DNA of 64,000 bases from an uncultured Pseudomonadota bacterium (GTDB lineage Bacteria; Pseudomonadota; Alphaproteobacteria; Rs-D84): the NCBI GenBank assembly GCA_947303585.1, contig CAMYYT010000001.1, positions 18,008 to 82,007 of the forward strand. The letters run 5' to 3'. The notes under the pieces are model-generated. The model was not told where the DNA came from, did not search any database, and saw nothing but the letters and a program-made list of their open reading frames with translations. Position numbers and translations under genes: made by a program. Of this stretch, positions 57,385 through 64,000 are shown one piece after another (position 1 is the first letter of the stretch; each line of letters begins with the position of its first letter).

Positions 57385-58343
57385 TGTCAGAAATCCGCAA
57401 CTTTATTGTAGATAGTGAAAACACAGGTATCCGTTTGGATAAATTTTTGGCGAATTATATGCCAGAATTTTCACGCAGCGAAATTCAAAAATTTAATATT
57501 AAACGCGCTGATGGTAAAACATTAAAATTATCAGACAAAACCAAAGAAAACGAAGAATTTATCGTTGAAATTCCAGATAAAAAAACAGACATCGCTTACG
57601 ACAATATTTCAAATGATTTTGATTTAGATATTTTGTTTGAAGACGATGATATAATTGTTTTGGATAAGCCGCGTGGTGTTGTAATGTATCCATCGGCTGG
57701 GAACAAAACGGGAACGCTTGTCCAAAATTTATTATCTTACACGCATTTATCAACACTTGGCGGATTGACAAGACCTGGGGTTGTTCATCGCCTTGACAAA
57801 GATACCAGCGGGGTTATGGTTTTTGCCAAAAGTGACGCGGCATATCGTGGTTTGGTAAAAATGTTTTCAACTCACGATTTGACAAGAAAGTACATAGCAT
57901 TTGTTTGGGGTGTTCCGACATGGGGCGGGGCAGAAATTACTGGGAATATCGCGCGTTCTTCGCGCAACAGACAAAAAATGAGTTTGGTTAAAACAGGTGG
58001 CAAACCAGCTCATACAATCGTCAATGTTATGGATGCTTGGACACGACCTGGGATTTCTTTGTTTCGTTGTACATTAATGACGGGGCGAACACATCAAATC
58101 AGGGTTCATCTGTCTTCGCATGGTTTTCCAGTTTTATGCGACCCATTATATGGACGCGAAAAATCGCACCTAGGTTCGGTCAAAGACCCGGCATTATTGG
58201 AATTTTTGAAAACGCATAATGGGCAAATGTTACACGCGGAAGTTCTGGAATTCAAGCATCCAGTAACAGGTGAACAGATGCATTTCAAATCTCGTATGCC
58301 AATCGACATGATGGAATTGAAAGAAATCCTGGACGGCGAATAA
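57384..58343 (+). CDS. rluD: 23S rRNA pseudouridine synthase RluD family
   Basis: N-terminal S4 domain (RLDKFLANYMPEFSRSEIQK). Catalytic HRLDKDTSGVMVFAK. RTHQIRVHL. Confidence 0.9.
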   Translation: MSEIRNFIVDSENTGIRLDKFLANYMPEFSRSEIQKFNIKRADGKTLKLSDKTKENEEFIVEIPDKKTDIAYDNISNDFDLDILFEDDDIIVLDKPRGVVMYPSAGNKTGTLVQNLLSYTHLSTLGGLTRPGVVHRLDKDTSGVMVFAKSDAAYRGLVKMFSTHDLTRKYIAFVWGVPTWGGAEITGNIARSSRNRQKMSLVKTGGKPAHTIVNVMDAWTRPGISLFRCTLMTGRTHQIRVHLSSHGFPVLCDPLYGREKSHLGSVKDPALLEFLKTHNGQMLHAEVLEFKHPVTGEQMHFKSRMPIDMMELKEILDGE

Positions 58344-58388
58344 AAATTCCACCCTTGGGGGTGGGGCCCACGAAGTGGTAGTGGGGAC
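58344..58388 (+). repeat. GC-rich two-hairpin element, copy A
   Basis: AAATTCC, then CCACCC-ttgg-GGGTGG, then CCAC-gaa-GTGG, then a G-rich tail. Homologous to 61796-61840. Confidence 0.6.
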
Positions 58389-58477
58389 AAAAAAATAATC
58401 ATCACCCAACTTCATTTTTCTCTTTCTTTATTTTTGATTGTATGATAAAATAAAGACAAAGTATATGGAGAAAGGGG

Positions 58478-61400
58478 ATGAAAAATATCGTCAAAACCGT
58501 TAGTTTACTAACAATAGTTTCTTTGATTCCTGCGGCTTTCGCTGCTACATCACGTGTCGGCGTTACGAACAAGGCGTCTGCACGGTTGCCGTCGATTGCG
58601 GGGCATATTTTGTCTGGTGGCACAACCACGACAACCACGACTGCGACAACGGCGTCTTACTATGGCGCTGCTGATTGTGTTGAAAAATACGAAGATTGTT
58701 TGCGTGCTGACGATGTTTGTGGTTCTAATTTTGAAGAATGTACAACTAACGTTTTGCTTCATGCCCAAATGCCAAAATGTTCGAATATTTTGTATCAATG
58801 TTCGGCTGCGGGGGTTCAACAGTTATTTGGGACATCTGCAATAACGGCTCTTTCTACTGTGGCGTCTGACGGTTATGTCAAGGATGACAAAGGAAACAAT
58901 ACAACCGAAGTGGCGGAATATATGTATCCACTTAAAAATTCAGAATTGAATAATTTGATTGCTGGTGCAAAAGAAGGTAACAAATTAACCAAAGAACAAT
59001 GTGTTAAACGTTATACAAATTGTTTACAACGTGATGATGTCTGCGGTGAAAATTTTGAATTATGCACAAGCGACAGGGAATTTAAAAAACAAGCGGTCCT
59101 TTGTGATTCAACATTTGAACGTTGTCCAACAGATGCCAAACGTGAATTATTTGGTTCTACAGAGGCGGCGGCAAGTTTAAAACCAGCAGCAAATTCTGAA
59201 AACAACTACAACAGATTAAGAACACTTATCGAAGACGGGCGTGCGTATGCGGTTGGTAATGCGGTAAAAACTTGTAACAAAGTTGTGAAAAATTGTTTTG
59301 TTAATGCGTGCAGCAAAAATCCTTTCCGCTGTGTCGAAGGGGTAAGTATTGCACAGATAAATACTGCAGATTTTCTTGGAACTGGAACAAGTGCTATTAA
59401 TACCGAAGATATTGATATGACAGAAACCCAAGACGCAACGGCAGTTCGTAAATGGTTAAAGGGTCAATGCCGCGATACAATTGGTTCAAATAAGTCTTGT
59501 CACATGGTGTATCGTGAAAAGAATAATATTTCAGAATCTGAATTGATGAATACAGAATTTCAAGAAGAAGTATTTAATCTTGCATATTCTGACAAAACTG
59601 TTCAAGATGCTATACAGGTGCAAATGCAAGAAAATATCAAAGTTTTTGATACAAATGCGAAAAATGCATGTGTGGAAACTATAAAATCTTGCGCAATGCG
59701 TTCTTGTGGTGGCGGTTTGGGGTCTGTGTGTTATAAACAGGCAAGATACAGCACATCGTCAACAACGATGCCTGCAACTTTCACAAACAATCTTACTAAC
59801 ACTACCAGCACAATTAATATGACAGCAACCGCGATAAATGACAACGGTGTTCATATCAATGGTGATAACACATATGGTGATATCGAAGCGGGTTGTTCAG
59901 CAATTGTTAACGCGGATCCAAATTGTCAATATGCTGCAACCGCATCATCCTCAGATGGATATACATACAATTATACACGAAATAATACATTTTCAACATT
60001 GTTCCCAAAGGGCGGTTCTTTGGCACAAGACCCGATTGGTGCGATTGGAAAATTGAATGCGTTGTTGGCAACATCATATAATGACGCCGCAATTGAAAAA
60101 ATGAAAAAACAATGCAGAACAATCGCGCTTTCTTGCGTTGAATCTGTCTGTGGCGAAGATTATATTAATTGCTATCGTAACAGAACAGACATTGTTGCTG
60201 GCAAGGGTGGTTCTGGAACATATGCCACAAACACAAAGTTGGATAAAAGTATGAACAAGGTTGGTGGTGTTCTTGATTACAATATCGTTATTGGTTTGTG
60301 TATGAATACCGTTAAAAGTTCATCTGTGTGTGAAGAACACTTGAAGGTTGCAACAGCCGAATGGCGCAACAGTCAAGATGATAATAGTTGGGGTGATGCA
60401 AATTCAGTTGGCGAAAGCTGGTTGGGCGCAAATGCAACAAAAACTGATAAAGTTTTGATTGGTTGCCGTGCTAGTGAACAAAGTAAGAAAGGTTCAAATC
60501 TTAGTATTTTTGCCAAGAAAGATTGTAGCGATATGATGCCACCAGTTAATAATTCTTGTGATGGTGTAGCAAGTTTTGGTTGTACATACGACGAACCTGT
60601 GTATCAAGAACAGTCTGAATATGTGTTGGAAAATGGTGCGACAACTTTGTTCCAAGATTTATTGCGCGATGTTGAAATGCAGGCACAGATGTTGTATAAC
60701 GCGAAACTTACCAAAGAACAAAATATCTGCCGTAGTAATAACAATGGTGGTATTATGGGTAAGGGCGACAATGGTTCTACATTTATGTGGGTGAAATTAA
60801 ATGGTTCAAAGGTTCCAGGAAACTACCCAAGCCAAGGTTTGGCTTCGAACCAATTCACAGCGTCAAATGATTTGTATGGTTCGTTCTGCCGTGCGAAAAT
60901 TACTGTCCAATCTGACGATAAAGATATCCAAAATTTATTGGAAGATAAACAAACAGCTTATTTCGCAGTTGGTGATTCATTTACCTGTGGTTCATGGATA
61001 AGCGATGCCGATTTACGTAAAATTTCTGACACGGTTGGTAATCGCGCCCTTTGCCAAGAAGGCTATGGAAAATGGGTAGACGGTGAATGCAAAACAGATG
61101 GTGTTGCTAACCGTTCAACCAAAGAACATATCGCATACGCATGGGGTACAGTCGCGCCAATGTTGGCAGGTGGTGCTTTGGGCGTCGGCTTAACCGAATC
61201 TGGATTATTAGCAGGCCTGACTGCAAAATCCAATGGCGGTAACACACAGAAGCAAAACAAAACGTTGTGTTCAAAATACGCTGCTGCTGCTGAAACACCA
61301 GGTGATGCACAACAATCAAATCTTGATCTCGCAAAGCAGTATTGTGAAAAAGTTTATTCTAGTTCTGCAAAAGAGTGTGAAGATATTTCTGGGAACAACA

Positions 61401-61699
61401 CGGCCACGGCCAAGAAAATTAGGATTGCCTGTGATGAAGCTAGTGATAAAGATACTTGGGGAACAACAAAGGAAGAAAAAGGTCTTGGAACCAGAATTGC
61501 TGTTCCGCTTGCAACCGCTGCTGTTGGTGGTGCATTGGGTGGTGGTATAACTGCTTCGGTTATTAAACAAAAGAAAGAAAATATTAAAAACGAAGCTGCT
61601 CAAAAATGGATGGATGAAATCGGTGAACATATCCAATGTTATTTGGGAACCGATGAATTGGGAACATACGGCGACGTAGTATCCATTGAATTAGATTAA
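58478..61699 (+). CDS. Giant secreted cysteine-rich protein (1073 aa) with two C-terminal Gly-rich hydrophobic segments
   Basis: GGAGAAAGGGG SD. Signal peptide ..LIPAAFA|ATS. A poly-Thr run. More than 50 Cys, including a duplicated module C-x3-Y-x2-CL-x2-DDVCG-x-NFE-x-CT. I recognise no family. Confidence 0.7.
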   Translation: MKNIVKTVSLLTIVSLIPAAFAATSRVGVTNKASARLPSIAGHILSGGTTTTTTTATTASYYGAADCVEKYEDCLRADDVCGSNFEECTTNVLLHAQMPKCSNILYQCSAAGVQQLFGTSAITALSTVASDGYVKDDKGNNTTEVAEYMYPLKNSELNNLIAGAKEGNKLTKEQCVKRYTNCLQRDDVCGENFELCTSDREFKKQAVLCDSTFERCPTDAKRELFGSTEAAASLKPAANSENNYNRLRTLIEDGRAYAVGNAVKTCNKVVKNCFVNACSKNPFRCVEGVSIAQINTADFLGTGTSAINTEDIDMTETQDATAVRKWLKGQCRDTIGSNKSCHMVYREKNNISESELMNTEFQEEVFNLAYSDKTVQDAIQVQMQENIKVFDTNAKNACVETIKSCAMRSCGGGLGSVCYKQARYSTSSTTMPATFTNNLTNTTSTINMTATAINDNGVHINGDNTYGDIEAGCSAIVNADPNCQYAATASSSDGYTYNYTRNNTFSTLFPKGGSLAQDPIGAIGKLNALLATSYNDAAIEKMKKQCRTIALSCVESVCGEDYINCYRNRTDIVAGKGGSGTYATNTKLDKSMNKVGGVLDYNIVIGLCMNTVKSSSVCEEHLKVATAEWRNSQDDNSWGDANSVGESWLGANATKTDKVLIGCRASEQSKKGSNLSIFAKKDCSDMMPPVNNSCDGVASFGCTYDEPVYQEQSEYVLENGATTLFQDLLRDVEMQAQMLYNAKLTKEQNICRSNNNGGIMGKGDNGSTFMWVKLNGSKVPGNYPSQGLASNQFTASNDLYGSFCRAKITVQSDDKDIQNLLEDKQTAYFAVGDSFTCGSWISDADLRKISDTVGNRALCQEGYGKWVDGECKTDGVANRSTKEHIAYAWGTVAPMLAGGALGVGLTESGLLAGLTAKSNGGNTQKQNKTLCSKYAAAAETPGDAQQSNLDLAKQYCEKVYSSSAKECEDISGNNTATAKKIRIACDEASDKDTWGTTKEEKGLGTRIAVPLATAAVGGALGGGITASVIKQKKENIKNEAAQKWMDEIGEHIQCYLGTDELGTYGDVVSIELD

Positions 61700-61721
61700 T
61701 ATTTTCAAAAAATAAAAAAAA

Positions 61722-61751
61722 ACAGGTTGCCTTTCCGCAACCTGTTTTTTT
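61722..61751 (+). terminator. Rho-independent terminator after the Cys-rich gene
   Basis: ACAGGTTGC-ctttcc-GCAACCTGT (9 bp) followed by T7. Confidence 0.85.
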
Positions 61752-61795
61752 GTTTCCGCTTTTTAATTTTTCCGCTTGGTGCTGGGAACCCAACC

Positions 61796-61840
61796 TAAAT
61801 TCCCCCTTAGGAGGGGTGGCACGGAAGTGCTGGGGGATGG
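61796..61840 (+). repeat. GC-rich two-hairpin element, copy B
   Basis: AAATTCC, then CCCCT-tagg-AGGGG, then GCAC-ggaa-GTGC, then the tail TGGGGGATGG. Confidence 0.6.
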
Positions 61841-61852
61841 TTGAAATAACCG

Positions 61853-61881
61853 TTGCCTTTTGTTTTCTTTGTATCTATAAT
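61853..61881 (+). promoter_or_regulatory. Sigma70-type promoter for lpxD
   Basis: TTGCCT (61853-61858), 17-nt spacer, TATAAT (61876-61881). Confidence 0.55.
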
Positions 61882-61904
61882 CGCATTAAACAAAGGATAC
61901 AAAA

Positions 61905-62951
61905 ATGAAAGATTTATTTCGCAAAATTTTCGGCCCAAAGGGTAAAAAAATTACTGCCGGTGAATTGGCTAAAAAATTCGGATTGGAATTAAAGGGAAAC
62001 GCCAAAGAGATGGTAAACGGTGTTGCGCCGATTGCTGATGCTAAACCTGGACAGTTGGCGTTTTATTCTACGGAACGTAATTCTGCTGCTTTTAAAATTT
62101 TGCCTATCGAAGTTTTGCAGAACACGCGTGCTTCTGTAATTTTGTTGCAACATGCACAAATCAAAGACGCACCAAAAGGTGCAACGCTTTTAATTACTGA
62201 TTCTCCGCGTGGAAATATCGTAAAAATTTTGGGTGAAATTTATGCTGAAAAGCCTCGTTTCGGTGTGTCTTATTTTGCAACCATAGAACGCGGTGTGTTT
62301 TGGCGCAAAAAACGCACGAATTATGTCGGGCAATATGCGACTATTGAAAAAGGTGCTGTGATTGAAGAAGGTGTTAAGATTTATCCAGGGGCTTTCATTG
62401 GTCGTAATGTGGTTTTGGGTGCGAACACTATCGTTTACGGCGGGGCGCACATAGAAAACGCTACAATAGGTTCAGATTGCGTGATAAATTCGGGTGCGGT
62501 AATTGGCAAAGATGGTTTTGGATACACGCGTCAGAACGGTAAAAATGTGTTTATACCACATACTGGCCGCGTGGTGTTGGGTAAACGTGTGTCTGTGGGT
62601 GCGAATACTTGTATTGATCGTGGCGCGATGACAGATACTGTTGTCGGGGACGGAACAAAAATCGATAATTTATGTCAGATTGCGCATGGTGTTGTTATTG
62701 GCAAAGAATGCTTTTTGGCTGCGGGCGTGGGATTGGCTGGCGGTGTTGTTGTGGGTGACCGTGTGTTGCTGGCGGGGCAGGTCGGTGTTCCAAACGGTAT
62801 TCATATCGGAGATGATGCCGAAGTCGGTGCAAAAAGCGGTGTATTTCGTAATATTCCTGCTGGCGAAAGATGGCTGGGATTGCCTGCCAGTCCGGGGCTT
62901 GAATTTTTCCGTCATTATGCTTGGGTTAAAAAGAACATGGATAAGAAATAA
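61905..62951 (+). CDS. lpxD: UDP-3-O-acylglucosamine N-acyltransferase
   Basis: LpxD N-terminal domain (LAFYSTERN..) followed by a long hexapeptide-repeat left-handed beta-helix (IGSDCVINSGAVIGKDGFGY.., VGDGTKIDNLCQIAHGVVIG). Confidence 0.92.
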   Translation: MKDLFRKIFGPKGKKITAGELAKKFGLELKGNAKEMVNGVAPIADAKPGQLAFYSTERNSAAFKILPIEVLQNTRASVILLQHAQIKDAPKGATLLITDSPRGNIVKILGEIYAEKPRFGVSYFATIERGVFWRKKRTNYVGQYATIEKGAVIEEGVKIYPGAFIGRNVVLGANTIVYGGAHIENATIGSDCVINSGAVIGKDGFGYTRQNGKNVFIPHTGRVVLGKRVSVGANTCIDRGAMTDTVVGDGTKIDNLCQIAHGVVIGKECFLAAGVGLAGGVVVGDRVLLAGQVGVPNGIHIGDDAEVGAKSGVFRNIPAGERWLGLPASPGLEFFRHYAWVKKNMDKK

Positions 62952-62955
62952 AAAT

Positions 62956-62979
62956 AAAACGCCCGTTCGGGCGTTTTTT
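62956..62979. terminator. Bidirectional terminator between lpxD and the convergent Cys-rich gene
   Basis: AACGCCC-gttc-GGGCGTT flanked by A and T runs. Confidence 0.8.
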
Positions 62980-63778
62980 ATTTCGGACAAACTTCTAATA
63001 ATCCGTGTGTTGTTTGTATTTCATCGTTTATATATACTGTGATATCGCGTTGCATACCGTCTGTGTAATTATACACAAAAGGTTTTTCAGCAAACAATGG
63101 TGCGCGTTCATATATATCAAAGAACGGTTCCAACAGAGATTCAAACCATTGACGATTTTTGCAAAGACATGCATTTCGAACATCTGCGACCATTTGACCA
63201 GTAACGCCATTTGAATAACTGTGTGCGATTTCATCGTCGTTCATAACCATACAACGTGACGCCACAGCAAATTCGTTAGCATCGTCTTTCAAGAATTGAT
63301 AAACGGCTGCATCACTTGCGCCTTTTTGACGCATCTTGTAAATGATTCCTTCGCTGCAACAGGCGCGTGAAGCGTTCATCAAAATTTTATATCTTTCAAC
63401 CAATGGCGCCATTGCTTCGTTATCTGCATTGACATCGTAATTGGAATATATTGCATACAAAACATCGTCTTCGCGGACAGGATTCATATGCGGAGAACGC
63501 GGAAACGAAGCCGTTTTATACACAGGCTTTTTATACCATATTTCACATTCAGCCATCGAAGTAAACGGACAAACGGATGAATAGCCACACGAAGTATCGC
63601 AAGTTTCAACTGGTTCAGGTTCAACATATTGTGGTGCCAAGATTTCTACTTTGTCGACTTCTTCTTCCAAGACAACAGGTGTTAATTCACAATCTTTGCC
63701 CACACATTCAGACGCGTTCGCACAATTTGCACTAAACGCAATAGCAATAAATGCCAAAAAAGAAATTTTATTTTTCAT
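62978..63778 (-). CDS. Secreted cysteine-rich hypothetical protein (266 aa, 13 Cys)
   Basis: Signal peptide MKNKISFLAFIAIAFSANCANA. Cys clusters ECVGKDC, ETCDTSCGYSSVCP, ACC and NACLC. No known family. Confidence 0.6.
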   Translation of the reverse strand: MKNKISFLAFIAIAFSANCANASECVGKDCELTPVVLEEEVDKVEILAPQYVEPEPVETCDTSCGYSSVCPFTSMAECEIWYKKPVYKTASFPRSPHMNPVREDDVLYAIYSNYDVNADNEAMAPLVERYKILMNASRACCSEGIIYKMRQKGASDAAVYQFLKDDANEFAVASRCMVMNDDEIAHSYSNGVTGQMVADVRNACLCKNRQWFESLLEPFFDIYERAPLFAEKPFVYNYTDGMQRDITVYINDEIQTTHGLLEVCPK

Positions 63779-63891
63779 GTATTTAATTTTATCACAAAAA
63801 AAGCCTGCTTAAAACAAAAATTTTTATGTTGTATAAAATATTTTAAATTTCTATACTGTGAATAGATTCTTATACACAAAAGGAAGGAAAT

Positions 63892-64000
63892 ATGAAAAAA
63901 ATCTCTATATTGTCTGCTTTGATAGTTTTGTCAGCACCGGCGCTGGCGGTTGAAGATGTTCATAAAATGTATGGCAAAGAACCCATGGATGTCGCTTCGC
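63892..64000 (+). CDS. Secreted hypothetical protein, 5' fragment (runs off the window)
   Basis: AGGAAGG SD, then ATG at 63892 and signal peptide MKKISILSALIVLSAPALA. Confidence 0.45.
   Translation, partial: MKKISILSALIVLSAPALAVEDVHKMYGKEPMDVAS

Overview
AT-rich (by eye) bacterial chromosomal window using the standard code. It is almost fully coding, with about 60 protein genes and 4 tRNAs. Most genes are housekeeping:
- Aminoacyl-tRNA synthetases: pheST, ileS, metG.
- DNA repair and replication: nth, mutS, xseB, recF, dnaX, a UDG-like gene.
- RNA modification and translation: mnmG, queH, truB, rsmG, rlmN, rluD, rnpA, yidD, rpsO, infC, nusA-infB, pnp.
- Lipid synthesis: fabG, fabD, accBC, gpsA, lpxD.
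- Envelope: mreB, pal, lptF-lptD-surA-like, skp-like, an OmpA-like lipoprotein.
- Others: parAB, and a TolC/MacA/split-MacB efflux operon.

An alpha-type SspB, a DUF4167-like protein, an MJ0042/DUF3426-like zinc-ribbon protein, a type-2 IleRS and heavily shuffled operons suggest an alphaproteobacterium-like, probably host-associated lineage. This is inference only. All protein calls rest on motif recognition by eye, with no database search. I saw no CRISPR array, IS element, transposase, integrase or prophage.

Observations most worth follow-up:
1. A 10-codon leader ORF, MNKKAIIIIK, with four consecutive Ile codons. It is followed by mutually exclusive antiterminator and terminator hairpins directly upstream of the eukaryote-like ileS, so it is a candidate leader-peptide attenuator.
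2. An operon of three large paralogous proteins with prepilin-type N-termini (52.5-56.4 kb), plus a zinc-ribbon membrane protein and a secreted protein. A fourth pilin-like gene and an OmpA-like lipoprotein lie downstream of dnaX. No pilus or secretion machinery is in the window.
3. An A9 slippery run in dnaX at the domain III/IV boundary, with an immediate stop in the -1 frame. This would give a gamma/tau-type recoding site.
4. A 1073-aa secreted, cysteine-rich protein with duplicated Cys modules. It is flanked by two copies of a GC-rich two-hairpin element that show compensatory base-pair changes. More Cys-rich secreted proteins lie around an isolated lpxD.
5. A duplicated tRNA-Val 3' end plus trailer, with a 74-nt insert in the T-loop position.
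6. A perfect 16-bp AT-shifted parS-like palindrome upstream of parA.
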